Origin: a virus
Virus record (IMG/VR): IMGVR_UViG_3300037310_000240
Coordinates: 806 to 64,805 of that record
Length of the DNA stretch: 64,000 nt
Strand: one strand, 5' to 3'
Position numbers and translations under genes: made by a program. A model generated the notes under the pieces. The model made no database searches and had not been told where the DNA came from. It was given only the letters and a program-made list of their open reading frames with translations. Numbering within the stretch: position 1 is the stretch's first letter; each line of letters starts with the position of its first letter. This document shows positions 20,594 to 30,179 of this stretch, one piece after another.

Positions 20594-21463
20594 ATGATGA
20601 TGTCGCCAGTATTGATGCCAGTAATCGCGTTGTTGGTGTCCGGCGCGACCAACAACTTCAACGCGCGCACGCAGGCCGGAAGCCCGGCCTTTCTCTGCAT
20701 CTTGGATGTTCGCGTCAGCGCGACCATCGGGTCCACCACGCCCAGCACTCCGGCGTTCAGCAGCGGTAGCGGCTGGCATGCGGCGATGGCGACCTACTCG
20801 TTCGCCTATGTCAAGCAGACATCAACTATCACCGGAGGGACCGGGGCCGCCGGCACGAACGGCAACGGCGGTAACGGCGGAAAGGGCGGCGAAGCGCAGA
20901 ACAACGGCAACGGCTTCGGGGTTGGCATGCCCGGGTCCGCCGGCTCCGGGGCCACGAGCGGAAGCACCGGGGGAGATTCGTTCTACACCACGATCAAGAT
21001 GAACGTGGACAACGGATCCGGCACCTTGACCGGCGGTACTGGGGGCGCAGCCGGATCCGGCGGTGGCGGCGGCGGGGGCGGAGGCGGGGCGCGCTATTAC
21101 CAGACAGGAAGCGGCACCAAGAAAGATCCATACGTGGATCACTACGAAGGTGGCGGTGGTGGTGGTGCTGGACTTGGCTTGTCCAACGGCTCTCCCGGCG
21201 CTGGCGGTTCTTTCGGGTGCGATGTGGCTGGAAGCGCAGGATCAGGGCAATCAGGCGGCGCTGGCGGCGGACTTGCTGGGGCCGGCGGCAATGGCGGCGG
21301 ACTCAGCAGCAGCGGCAACAGTGGCACCGCTTCTTCCTACGGTGCTGGGGCTGGCGCGGCAGCAGGATCAAACGGTTCAGCTGGGGCGCAAGGCAACAGC
21401 GTCAACGGCAACAGCCTGATCTACTGGATCGCCACCGGGACGCGCAACGGCCCAATCGTTTGA
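20594..21463 (+). CDS. glycine-rich tail-associated protein
   Basis: Long GGxGGxG runs; follows the tail fibre gene. Confidence 0.75.
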   Translation: MMMSPVLMPVIALLVSGATNNFNARTQAGSPAFLCILDVRVSATIGSTTPSTPAFSSGSGWHAAMATYSFAYVKQTSTITGGTGAAGTNGNGGNGGKGGEAQNNGNGFGVGMPGSAGSGATSGSTGGDSFYTTIKMNVDNGSGTLTGGTGGAAGSGGGGGGGGGGARYYQTGSGTKKDPYVDHYEGGGGGGAGLGLSNGSPGAGGSFGCDVAGSAGSGQSGGAGGGLAGAGGNGGGLSSSGNSGTASSYGAGAGAAAGSNGSAGAQGNSVNGNSLIYWIATGTRNGPIV

Positions 21464-21473
21464 GGAGCGGCAG

Positions 21474-21962
21474 ATGAACGTGAAGATGCGCATCTTGGGC
21501 TTCGACCCGAACTCACATCAGGCAATCGTGAGGTTCTACACAGACAAGGTGACGGAGGACGTGCTGGCATCATCGTTCAAGATCGAGCGATACCAGCCGG
21601 ACCCCAAGGCCGACCCGGGTCACTGGCTAGAGCGCGAAGTGATCGCGCGTCACGAGAACGGATATCCGCTGCGGTGCCGCACCGATTGCAGCGTGGATGT
21701 CTTGGTGGTGCCGGCGCCAGAGGGACAGGCGTTGATCGAATACATTCTCTCGAAGATCACTCCGCCGAGGGAGTGGCTGGAAATGATGGAGAAGGTGATC
21801 GATCCGTCTATCGACACATCGATGCGTGGTGCGTTGTCGGCACTCGGAACCGAACACAGTGTGCCGGAGCGCGAACGGGAATCCCCGGAGAACGCCCCAC
21901 GGCCGATCGTGCTGCGCGCGCGTCGCCCACCGGAGAAGAAAATCGGAACAACGGTGCTATGA
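21474..21962 (+). CDS. hypothetical protein
   Basis: SD GAGGAG; 162 aa. Confidence 0.7.
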   Translation: MNVKMRILGFDPNSHQAIVRFYTDKVTEDVLASSFKIERYQPDPKADPGHWLEREVIARHENGYPLRCRTDCSVDVLVVPAPEGQALIEYILSKITPPREWLEMMEKVIDPSIDTSMRGALSALGTEHSVPERERESPENAPRPIVLRARRPPEKKIGTTVL

Positions 21963-22507
21963 GCGAACGCAGGTTGGTCCAAACGCCGTTTTACAGGGAC
22001 CCGCAATTTGCGGTCGCGCTGTGGGATGGCGATGTCGGCGCGGTCCTCAAGGTCATGGTTGACAAACCAACCCCGAGGTCTGCGTTCGCGTGCCTGACGG
22101 TCTGTTTGCGCGGACAGCTGTTGATGATTTCTCCTAGCGGCGCCGAGAAGTGGCGGTTTTTCCCCGGCAGCATCAGCGACGAAGGCGGGGATTTCGACGA
22201 GGTTGGTGTCTGGACTTGGACGGCTGTTAGGGGCAACACGCAGGAGTTGTGCTTTTCTGCACTCGGCGAGGACGGCAAGGAATGCGATGACCCGTTCCCG
22301 CGCGAAGTAATTGACATGCAATTCGGCCAGAAGCTGACCATTAAGGGCGGGTGCCTGATGGTTGTTGCAACGGGCGGGGTGGTTGCCAACATCAGCGGAG
22401 ACCGGGATTTGCAGCTGTTGGCGCCGCACTTCTCGAAGGTCGAGAACGACGTTGAACTGACTGCGAACTACTCTGACACGAGGCTCGTGGTGGTGCGCAG
22501 GAAATGA
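21959..22507 (+). CDS. hypothetical protein (beta-rich, possibly cupin-like)
   Basis: ATGA overlap at 21959; lower GC at third positions. Confidence 0.65.
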   Translation: MSERRLVQTPFYRDPQFAVALWDGDVGAVLKVMVDKPTPRSAFACLTVCLRGQLLMISPSGAEKWRFFPGSISDEGGDFDEVGVWTWTAVRGNTQELCFSALGEDGKECDDPFPREVIDMQFGQKLTIKGGCLMVVATGGVVANISGDRDLQLLAPHFSKVENDVELTANYSDTRLVVVRRK

Positions 22508-23172
22508 ATCTACTTGATGCCACATTTGCGAAGTTGAACTTCGAGTACGATCGCCCGCGCGCATTCATGGAAATGGAACAGCTGTTCCCGTTGCTCGACT
22601 GGACAAGAACCGCCCCGGGGATGATGGATGTTGCCCCGCCGTTCTCAGTCAACGAAGTCTTCGTTGGCGGCAGAGAAGATTCGATGATTACGGCGTACAC
22701 GTGGAAATCGATCGGCCTGACGCACCTTCCGGGGCACGAGGCATCAAAACTCGGGCGTGGTAGCATGAGAAACAGGTATACGAACGATAGGTGGGCGTGG
22801 CGTGACGACATTTTCGCGCCGTATGTTCGACAGTTGTGCGAGTCGTTGCCGTTCGAGAAGATCACCGTGGTCAGGTTGATTGTCTTGCCGGCCGGCAACA
22901 CCGGCACAGTTCACCACGATGATCCGTCCAATATCTACTACTCCAGCGGTGGACGCAGCCTAACTCTCAATATCGAGAGCGGCGGTCGTGGTCTGGAATT
23001 CATGCGCGAAGGGCGGCACTACACGATCGGCGATCACCCGGCGTTCATCTTTCGAGACGACTGTTTCCATGGCGTGAGGAAGGTGGAGAGGGTTCGGGTG
23101 CAGCTTCGTGTCAACGGGTTTTTCTCCCCCGCGATGGAGAATCTGATCGACAGATCGAAGGTGGTTATGTGA
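22504..23172 (+). CDS. putative 2OG-Fe(II)/Asp-Asn beta-hydroxylase-like oxygenase
   Basis: VRLIVLPAG..G.VHHDD (HxD) ... FRDDCFHGV (distal His) ... RVQL. Confidence 0.65.
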   Translation: MNLLDATFAKLNFEYDRPRAFMEMEQLFPLLDWTRTAPGMMDVAPPFSVNEVFVGGREDSMITAYTWKSIGLTHLPGHEASKLGRGSMRNRYTNDRWAWRDDIFAPYVRQLCESLPFEKITVVRLIVLPAGNTGTVHHDDPSNIYYSSGGRSLTLNIESGGRGLEFMREGRHYTIGDHPAFIFRDDCFHGVRKVERVRVQLRVNGFFSPAMENLIDRSKVVM

Positions 23173-23750
23173 GCGGACCATACGCGCACCTGCTGAACAG
23201 CGATTCGCGCGCCGTTCGCGCGATCGACGACGATGTTCCCGGCGGCGTCTTGCTGCCCGGGGGATACCTGCTTGGCCAATGGCACGGCAACATCGGCGAT
23301 TATCATGACATCATCTACCAGAAAGGCTACAGGGGGGGCGATGCTGCAATCCCGCACTACGCGAGCGGCGGCACGGTCATGGTGTCCGAGACGGATGGCG
23401 TCTGGTGGGGGCAGGACAAAGATCACCCGATCGGCGCCCTGATGAAGCCGGACGGCTCGCTGTCGGAAGAGGTGTTCTATTACAGGCCGGAGGGAAGAAC
23501 GAGGGTCTTCTTCCTCAACAACACCTACAAGGTGTGTGTAAACGCCGTTGATGTGATTGGTGCCAGAACCTACGAGCAGCTGGGATACAGGTTCGAGGTT
23601 GGCCCGAGCGAGGTTCAGATCCCCAAGGGCGGAATCTTGGTCGTTCTGGATGGCTCTGGTGCAGACGCCCATGTGGTCCATGCCCAAAGCGGAGACCACG
23701 CCTTCACTCTCTCTGCCGGCCTACACGGCATGACGGTATGGAAGCTGTAA
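23169..23750 (+). CDS. hypothetical protein, paralog of the 24204 ORF
   Basis: Shares DGVW..DHP, TR.FF..NT...CV..VD and terminal WKL. Confidence 0.7.
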   Translation: MSGPYAHLLNSDSRAVRAIDDDVPGGVLLPGGYLLGQWHGNIGDYHDIIYQKGYRGGDAAIPHYASGGTVMVSETDGVWWGQDKDHPIGALMKPDGSLSEEVFYYRPEGRTRVFFLNNTYKVCVNAVDVIGARTYEQLGYRFEVGPSEVQIPKGGILVVLDGSGADAHVVHAQSGDHAFTLSAGLHGMTVWKL

Positions 23751-24235
23751 TCGGCAAGTTCTGCGTGATCGAGGATGGCGCTGTTATCGGGGATGGCGTC
23801 AAGATCGGTGACTTCTGCATCGTGCGTGACGGCGCGGTAATCGGTGATGGCGTTGTGATCGGTAACTATTGCGAGATTCGCAACGATTGTGTGATTGGTT
23901 CGGGCACGACACTCGGCAGCCGCTGCACTCTCAGCGCCGGCACGAGGATCGGCAACAACGTGATCGCGAAGTTCGGTTTCACGACCACAGACACCCCGAA
24001 GCTGGGGTCTCCAGAGAGGAGGCCGTGCGTCGTCGGCGATGCAGCGAAGTTCGGGGCATGGGTCACTCTGATGCCGGGCGTGAAGATCGGCGATGGCGTC
24101 GAAGTTGGTGCCTGCTCGCAGGTCAGGCACAGCATTGCCAGTGGTGTGTGGTTTGGCAACCCGGCCAAGCATTTCAGGCCACAACATGAACTGGAGCGCG
24201 CGGATGCAGAGGCATACCAAATCGCTTCTCTTTAA
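23738..24235 (+). CDS. left-handed beta-helix (hexapeptide) acyltransferase
   Basis: VIGDGVKIGDFCIV hexapeptide repeats; GVWFGNPAK terminal motif. Confidence 0.88.
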   Translation: MEAVIGKFCVIEDGAVIGDGVKIGDFCIVRDGAVIGDGVVIGNYCEIRNDCVIGSGTTLGSRCTLSAGTRIGNNVIAKFGFTTTDTPKLGSPERRPCVVGDAAKFGAWVTLMPGVKIGDGVEVGACSQVRHSIASGVWFGNPAKHFRPQHELERADAEAYQIASL

Positions 24236-24794
24236 CCCGCGCGCCAAATACAAGGCGCGCGCTCGCGTGATCTTCGAGGGCTACGGCTATCAGATCACGG
24301 AGTTGTCCGGTGACGAGGGCGCGTACTGGGACGTGGTGTTTCCAGAGGCATCGGTACGCGAGTTGCCATACTTCAACTTGTGCGTCAGCGGTAGTCTGGA
24401 GTGCTTGAACGAGATTGATGGCGTTTGGTATTACAACGACACCGATCACCCGTTGAGCGTGGTTCTTGGGCAGGACGGCAAACCCACCGACAAGATTCAC
24501 GAGGTTCGCAGCCCGGGAATTACTCGGATGTTTTTTGGCAGCAACACAAGGCGCCTGTGTGTATACCCCGTTGACAGCTTTGGGCAAGCGAGCGCCGAGC
24601 CGATTGGCTTTGAACATTTTCGCGGCCCGGCTGACTTGGTTTTGCCGAGGGGGGCAATCTTCATCATTTCAAATGGATCCATGCTGGCGAACGGCATGGA
24701 GGTTCAGTCCCCCAACGTCCTGTACGCCAAGACGACGGACGTGAGAATTTCGTTGCCCGCCAACGCTTACGGAGGAATGTCGTGGAAACTTTGA
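24204..24794 (+). CDS. hypothetical protein, paralog of the 23169 ORF
   Basis: SD GGAG then ATG 24204; motifs shared with the 23169 ORF. Confidence 0.65.
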   Translation: MQRHTKSLLFNPRAKYKARARVIFEGYGYQITELSGDEGAYWDVVFPEASVRELPYFNLCVSGSLECLNEIDGVWYYNDTDHPLSVVLGQDGKPTDKIHEVRSPGITRMFFGSNTRRLCVYPVDSFGQASAEPIGFEHFRGPADLVLPRGAIFIISNGSMLANGMEVQSPNVLYAKTTDVRISLPANAYGGMSWKL

Positions 24795-25357
24795 ATTTGC
24801 AGGTCAAGGAACTCAGGCGCGTGGTTCCAGAGCCGGCGCTGCCGGATTTCGAGTGGCCAGATCTGGAACACTTCGCGGAGTGGTTCTGCGCGAGCGGCTT
24901 CCCAATGCTGCTGCCGGAACTGGACCATCAGCGCATGTTCGCCACCGACTCGTCGTCCAGCTTCGTGTGGTTCAGGCATGGTCGCTACCAAGCCGAGTTG
25001 TACATGTTCCATCCGCACCAGAAAGTGCCGAAGCACTCGCACCCGATGGAGCAGATCTTCATCCCGCTCTCTGGACACATGCGGACCTACACAGAAATCT
25101 CAGGCGGCACCGAGGGATGCTGGAGGCCCAAGCACAGCGGCAGGCTTATCAGCAAGAAGCTGCCGTCGAACTACTGGCACCGGCTCAAGACCACCGAGCG
25201 CGGCTGCCTGATGTTCGTGCTGCAACGCTACCCGGAGGGCTACCCGATGGTTAGCGCCGCCGTGGACTACGACGGCGAAGTAACCGGGGAGGTGCAGCGC
25301 AGGCAGAAGGCCGCCCTCGGACGCCAGAGCGAGACGCCGCTGGCGAAGCATGATTAA
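24782..25357 (+). CDS. cupin-domain protein
   Basis: VPKHSHPMEQIFIPLSG...YWHRL cupin metal motifs. Confidence 0.7.
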   Translation: METLNLQVKELRRVVPEPALPDFEWPDLEHFAEWFCASGFPMLLPELDHQRMFATDSSSSFVWFRHGRYQAELYMFHPHQKVPKHSHPMEQIFIPLSGHMRTYTEISGGTEGCWRPKHSGRLISKKLPSNYWHRLKTTERGCLMFVLQRYPEGYPMVSAAVDYDGEVTGEVQRRQKAALGRQSETPLAKHD

Positions 25358-25766
25358 CGTCATCTACTGCCACGAGTTGCGCCGTTGCCCGGTCGAGGTG
25401 GTGAATGGCGCTCTCGAACTGAATCTAGAATTGAGAAAGCGCACGCCTCACGTGTTCGGATTCCTGACGGGAGAAGAGCGCGCCCTATGGGCTGAAATCA
25501 ATGGCGATTTTGCTGGGGTGTTCTTGTGGAACATCCTCGACAACGGCGGAAGGTGGTGGGTGGACTTCTGCGGCGTGAAGCCACAGTACCAGCGCCTCGG
25601 AGTGTACCGCGCACTGCGTGGGCGCTTCCGCCAGATTTTCGACGGTGATCCGATTGTCACGGCGTTCGAGAGTCACGTAGCGTACGACAACGAGCGTATG
25701 CGCAAACTGAACGAAGTTGCTGGATCAAAGCCGGTGTTTGTTCGTTATCGATTTGACAAGGGGTAA
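25350..25766 (+). CDS. GNAT-family acetyltransferase
   Basis: VKPQYQRLGV motif A; N..M..L motif B. Confidence 0.75.
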   Translation: MINVIYCHELRRCPVEVVNGALELNLELRKRTPHVFGFLTGEERALWAEINGDFAGVFLWNILDNGGRWWVDFCGVKPQYQRLGVYRALRGRFRQIFDGDPIVTAFESHVAYDNERMRKLNEVAGSKPVFVRYRFDKG

Positions 25767-25769
25767 GAC

Positions 25770-26141
25770 ATGAGCGATGAACAGCAGGGGCGTCGATCAG
25801 ACGATGCCAGCGGGTCCGTCGAGGTCGGCGCGGGCGACAAGAGACTGGCGATCCGTGGCATCCGCATCACGGACTGGGTCGGCATCGCGACGGTGATCGC
25901 CATGACGGGGGTCATCATCATGGTCTACGACCACCGGAACGACGCCAAGGATGCGCAGGCGATGTTCGTGCAAACCATCAAGGAAGTCAGCAGCGCCAAC
26001 ACCAGCGCGATCAAGGAACTCACCATCGCGCAGAAGGAAGGCAACTCCGTGCAGCGCGAGCAGACCTGCCTGCTTCAATTCGCGCAGACCGAGAGGCAGA
26101 CGCAGGCGCAGTTCTGCAAGCAGATGGGGCAGCTTCGCTAG
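25770..26141 (+). CDS. single-TM protein, holin/antiholin candidate
   Basis: TM segment WVGIATVIAMTGVIIMVY; directly upstream of endolysin. Confidence 0.55.
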   Translation: MSDEQQGRRSDDASGSVEVGAGDKRLAIRGIRITDWVGIATVIAMTGVIIMVYDHRNDAKDAQAMFVQTIKEVSSANTSAIKELTIAQKEGNSVQREQTCLLQFAQTERQTQAQFCKQMGQLR

Positions 26142-26143
26142 GC

Positions 26144-26587
26144 ATGGAACTGCTGCTCCAGCGCACCAAGCTGCTCGATCACGCAACGATCGGGGAGTTG
26201 ACGGACGACGCCGGGCACGTCTGCTGGATCCTAGAGGATCGGGTTCGAGAGAGGCCCGGGGTTCCGGTGGCCGAATGGAAGGTCGCCGGAGAAACAGCTG
26301 TTCCATCCGGGCGCTACAAGGTCATCATCAACGAGTCGGCCCGCTTCGGGCGCCCGCTCCCGCTGCTGGTGGGCGTCCCGGGGTTCTCCGGGGTGAGGAT
26401 CCATCCCGGCAACGACCACGACGACACGGAGGGCTGCCTGCTGCCGGGCGCGAAGTTCACGGGCGACGGCGTGGTGCTGGAGTCGAGGAAGGCGTTCGCA
26501 CAGCTGTTCGAGTTGATCGACGGGGCGATCGAGGGCGGCGAGGAGGTGTGGATCACGATCCAGAACCCCGTGGCCGTCGAGGCATGA
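26144..26587 (+). CDS. putative endolysin (DUF5675-like)
   Basis: TIGEL, ETAVPSGRY, VPGFSGVRIHPGN..DTEGCLLPG; sits between holin candidate and spanins. Confidence 0.8.
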   Translation: MELLLQRTKLLDHATIGELTDDAGHVCWILEDRVRERPGVPVAEWKVAGETAVPSGRYKVIINESARFGRPLPLLVGVPGFSGVRIHPGNDHDDTEGCLLPGAKFTGDGVVLESRKAFAQLFELIDGAIEGGEEVWITIQNPVAVEA

Positions 26588-26955
26588 AGATCGCGATCTA
26601 CGCCGTGCTGGCCCTCGCCATCATGGCGATGATTGCCACCGGGGTAGCCAAGGTCAAGGCGTGGGGCGCCTCGGAAGTGAAGGCCGAGTGGGATGCGGCT
26701 GTTGCAGCGCAGAAGGAAGTCGAGTTGCTGCGCTCGCGCACGGCGGCGAAGGAACTGGCCGAGGAGCGCGCCAAGAAAAAAACAGTTGTTCGCTGGAGAA
26801 CCGAGCATGTCGAACGGATCATTGATCGCCCTGTGTATCGCAACCTGTGCTTCGATGCTGACGGGCTGTGCCTCGCAAACGCCGCCCTCCTCGGGAAGAA
26901 TGCCGCTGGATGCAAGCCTGACGGAGGAATGCCCGCACCTGACCGTACTGACTGA
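26584..26955 (+). CDS. inner-membrane spanin (Rz-like)
   Basis: N-terminal TM, coiled coil, C-terminal Cys residues. Confidence 0.75.
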   Translation: MKIAIYAVLALAIMAMIATGVAKVKAWGASEVKAEWDAAVAAQKEVELLRSRTAAKELAEERAKKKTVVRWRTEHVERIIDRPVYRNLCFDADGLCLANAALLGKNAAGCKPDGGMPAPDRTD

Positions 26956-27055
26956 CGGCTCTGCTGGCGCGGTGCTGCGCAAGCTGATCGAGGTCAGCGA
27001 CCTGTACTACGACTGCGCGCTCTCCAAGAAGAAGCTGATCGAGGCGACGCGGTGA
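26807..27055 (+). CDS. outer-membrane lipoprotein spanin (Rz1-like)
   Basis: Overlaps Rz in the +1 frame; lipobox LTGC. Confidence 0.75.
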   Translation: MSNGSLIALCIATCASMLTGCASQTPPSSGRMPLDASLTEECPHLTVLTDGSAGAVLRKLIEVSDLYYDCALSKKKLIEATR

Positions 27056-27510
27056 CATACAGGTACGGCAGCGAGCATCTGGAGACGATCATCAAGGAAG
27101 TCTCAGAACTCTGGCGAGCGAACTGGGAGGAAACGGAGAGGTATCACCGCGAGATCCCGTTCAACCCCGATTACCAGCAGTACTTCCGGCTGGACCACGA
27201 AGGCAAGTTCAGGCTCTACACGGTGCGTGACAACGGGCGCCTGATGGGTCACATCGGGTTCGTGGTGGCCCCGCACCGGCACACGCAGACCTTGGTGGCC
27301 GGCGAGGAATTCTTCTACCTGCGCCCGGAAGCGCGCAGGGGATGGGTGGCGGCGAAGCTGCTGCGGTTCGCGTTCGCCTGCCTGCGGTGGGAGATTCCCA
27401 AGATCAGTGAAATCAAGATCGTCAACAAGCACCTGACGGCCGATACCGGCAAGTTGCTCGAACGCCTCGGCATGAAGTGCGTGGCCAAGCTGTACAACAT
27501 CGTGTTGTAG
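27052..27510 (+). CDS. GNAT-fold protein preceding the ejection proteins
   Basis: FFYLRPEARRGW..AKLL...LLERLGM; position typical of podovirus internal-protein modules. Confidence 0.7.
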   Translation: MTYRYGSEHLETIIKEVSELWRANWEETERYHREIPFNPDYQQYFRLDHEGKFRLYTVRDNGRLMGHIGFVVAPHRHTQTLVAGEEFFYLRPEARRGWVAAKLLRFAFACLRWEIPKISEIKIVNKHLTADTGKLLERLGMKCVAKLYNIVL

Positions 27511-27519
27511 GAGACCCCT

Positions 27520-28779
27520 ATGGGTGGAATTCTTGACATCTTCGGTGGCGATGATCCGTCTCCGCCCCCGGCCCCGAACTACGCGCCGATGCAGGCGGCC
27601 AGCGATCACGCCGTGAATGTGATGGCGCAGGTGGCGCGCGAGGACCGCGCGTTCCGCGAGCGCGTCTACGAGGAGTCGAAGGCCGAGCGCAAGGATCTGA
27701 TGTCTCAGATCACCAAGACGGTCGAGCAGCAGCGCGACATCGAGCGCAAGGCGGCGATCCGCTCGGACGAGCAGTACGAGGACTACCGCCAGAGGTTCCG
27801 CCCGGCAGAGGAGCAGATGCTGGCGGATGCGTACGGGCGCCAGAACCTCAACGCCCAAGAGCGCGCACAGCTGCATGACCTGCTGACGAACCCGTCGATT
27901 CGCGATGACGAGCGTCAGGAGCGGCTGTCGGCCCTGTCGGACATCGCGATCGAGCGCGCGGCGGAGCGTTCCGGCGCCACCGCCACGGCCGCCGTGAACA
28001 ACGCGACGAGCCAGCAGGCCCGCCTGCTCGGCCGGTTCAGCGTGGATCCGAACCGCATGGCGGCCTTGGCGCGCGACTACGCCAACACCTCTGCGCTTGG
28101 GATCGCGGGAGCGCAGAACAGCACGCGCAACGCCGAGCAGTCGAGGTTGATGGCGCTGCGCTCCGGTGCCACGGCCTTCGGGCGCGGCATGCCCAACACC
28201 GCCGGCCAGATGGCCGGGGTGGCGCTGAACGCCGGCAATTCCTTGGTCAACAACGCCAATGCCGGATACGCGTCCGGCCTGCCGTACGCGCAGTTCCAAG
28301 GCGCCGGCACCCAGTACGGCATGATGCCGGCCGAGTTGCAGGCGAAGAACGCTCTCGGCTGGGGCGGGATCTACTCGCAGAATTATGGCCAGATGCTCAA
28401 CTGGAGCGCCGCTACAGGGGGCGATGCGGGTGCCGGCATGGGCGGCCTCGGCCAGATGGCGGGGATGTTCGCGTCGTCGTACTTCGGCGGCGGCAAGGCC
28501 GATGGTGGCGTGATCGGTCGCTCCTTCCGGCGGCGCTATGCCGATGGCGGCGAGGTTGACGGGACCCACGGCGGCAAGGTCCGTGGGCGCGGCACCGGCA
28601 CCTCCGACAGCATCCGCGCGATCAACGTGGACGACGGCGACCACTTGGCCGTGTCGAACGGCGAGTACGTCCTTCCGGCCGACACGGTGCGCAAGATCGG
28701 CAAGGAAGAACTTGACCGCATCGTGCGTGCCACCCACACGCCGGTACGGCGTCGGCGCCCGTCCGCAGTCTACGCATAG
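27520..28779 (+). CDS. internal virion/DNA ejection protein
   Basis: PPPAPNY N-terminus, helical Ala/Gln-rich body; ADGG x2, GRGTGTSDSI and SNGEYVLPA motifs. Confidence 0.7.
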   Translation: MGGILDIFGGDDPSPPPAPNYAPMQAASDHAVNVMAQVAREDRAFRERVYEESKAERKDLMSQITKTVEQQRDIERKAAIRSDEQYEDYRQRFRPAEEQMLADAYGRQNLNAQERAQLHDLLTNPSIRDDERQERLSALSDIAIERAAERSGATATAAVNNATSQQARLLGRFSVDPNRMAALARDYANTSALGIAGAQNSTRNAEQSRLMALRSGATAFGRGMPNTAGQMAGVALNAGNSLVNNANAGYASGLPYAQFQGAGTQYGMMPAELQAKNALGWGGIYSQNYGQMLNWSAATGGDAGAGMGGLGQMAGMFASSYFGGGKADGGVIGRSFRRRYADGGEVDGTHGGKVRGRGTGTSDSIRAINVDDGDHLAVSNGEYVLPADTVRKIGKEELDRIVRATHTPVRRRRPSAVYA

Positions 28780-28787
28780 GGGGCGAC

Positions 28788-30179
28788 ATGAACCGCAGCA
28801 CTGGAAGGGCCATCAATACCTTCGCGGGTGGCATGGCTGAAGGCTGGGCGCAGGGCGAGCGTCTGCAGGACCTGCGCCGCCGTACCGCATCCGAGGAGCG
28901 CCGCACCGCTATTCTGGAGGCGGACGAGAAGCGTCGCGAGCGCGCGTTCGAGCAGGAAGAAAAGATCCGCGCCGGGCAGGTCACGGATATGGAGAACAAG
29001 CAGAGGATGCGCGCCGAACTTCAGGACCTGTTCTCGAAGTTCAACATCGGCGGCCGTGACGAGCAGGGCAACGAAATCAAGCCGACCGCGAACACGATGA
29101 TGGATTTCGCGAAGGGCCAGATTGGCATCTACTCCAAGTACGGCGCCCTCGACCCGCAGCAGTTCACAGCCCTCACAGACATGCACAACCGCTTCGAGAA
29201 GGCGGGCGTGGACGAGGACCTTGTGCGCGCCGTGTTTCAAGGCGACTCGAAGGCGATGGATCGCCTCGGCAAGAAAGTGGGTGTGGACCCCGCAACGATG
29301 CGCGTCGAGCCGGTGATGGGCCGGGACGGGCAGCCGACCGGAGATTACAAGTTCGTCGGCATCGGGCAGAGCGGCAAGGAATTCTCGATCACCGCGTCCA
29401 CGATCGGACAGACCTTCGGCACCGGACAGCTGTTGAGGCAACGCGGCGAGGAAGCGAAGATCGGCAAGACGACGGCCGAGACGAGGGCCGAGGAGGAGAA
29501 GGGCAGGTACTACAAGTCCTACTCCCAGTACCTCGACCGCGACAAGCCACAGTCCGGCAAGTCGGAGGCAGCCGCGCAAAAAGAGGTGCGCGCCACGATC
29601 AAGGAAATGTGGAACGACGTGGAGAAGGAAAAGGACCCCCTCACGCAAAACTCCGCGATCAACACGAAGTCGCGCAAGGTCGGCGAGGAACTTCAGGAAG
29701 AACTGATGCGCCGCAACCCCGACATGTCGGCGAACGAAGCCTTCGTGATGGTGATGCGCAACATCACGGCGCTGCGCGACAAGTCCGTGGATGCCAAGGG
29801 ACAGTTCGACGAGAAGGTGTTCGACAAGAACATCGACAAGGCGTTCGACGCCCTGCGCAAGCGGCGCAGCGGCCCGGGCGCCCCTGCTGCCCCGGCGCGC
29901 CCGCGCGCGGCAGCCTTGACGACGGAAGAACCCGCCGTTGTTGGGACCAACACGGGGGCCGCTGCCATGCGTCGCGCGGAGCAGTCCCCCGGCATGGCGC
30001 CAGCAACCCCAAGCGGCCAGCGGAACTACGGCATCCTCACCCCGAACGACATCATCGAGAACGATTTGCGCGCCGGAGTGCCGGCTGCGGCGGCTTACGA
30101 AAGGGATCGTCGCAATCGCGCCATCGCGCGCGAGGCAGAACTGGAGGAGTACCGCAATCGTCAAGGCGCATTCCCGTAA
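28788..30179 (+). CDS. internal virion/DNA ejection protein
   Basis: FAGGMAEGW N-terminus, charged helical; lies between ejection genes. Confidence 0.65.
   Translation: MNRSTGRAINTFAGGMAEGWAQGERLQDLRRRTASEERRTAILEADEKRRERAFEQEEKIRAGQVTDMENKQRMRAELQDLFSKFNIGGRDEQGNEIKPTANTMMDFAKGQIGIYSKYGALDPQQFTALTDMHNRFEKAGVDEDLVRAVFQGDSKAMDRLGKKVGVDPATMRVEPVMGRDGQPTGDYKFVGIGQSGKEFSITASTIGQTFGTGQLLRQRGEEAKIGKTTAETRAEEEKGRYYKSYSQYLDRDKPQSGKSEAAAQKEVRATIKEMWNDVEKEKDPLTQNSAINTKSRKVGEELQEELMRRNPDMSANEAFVMVMRNITALRDKSVDAKGQFDEKVFDKNIDKAFDALRKRRSGPGAPAAPARPRAAALTTEEPAVVGTNTGAAAMRRAEQSPGMAPATPSGQRNYGILTPNDIIENDLRAGVPAAAAYERDRRNRAIAREAELEEYRNRQGAFP

Noticed and set aside
19596-21463. Diversity-generating retroelement targeting tail genes
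   Set aside because: No reverse transcriptase motif and no template/variable repeat pair was noticed
29609-30178. N-terminal 190 aa of the 3653-aa ORF call
   Set aside because: Overlaps the upstream gene with junk-like sequence; the ATG at 30179 is coupled to the upstream stop
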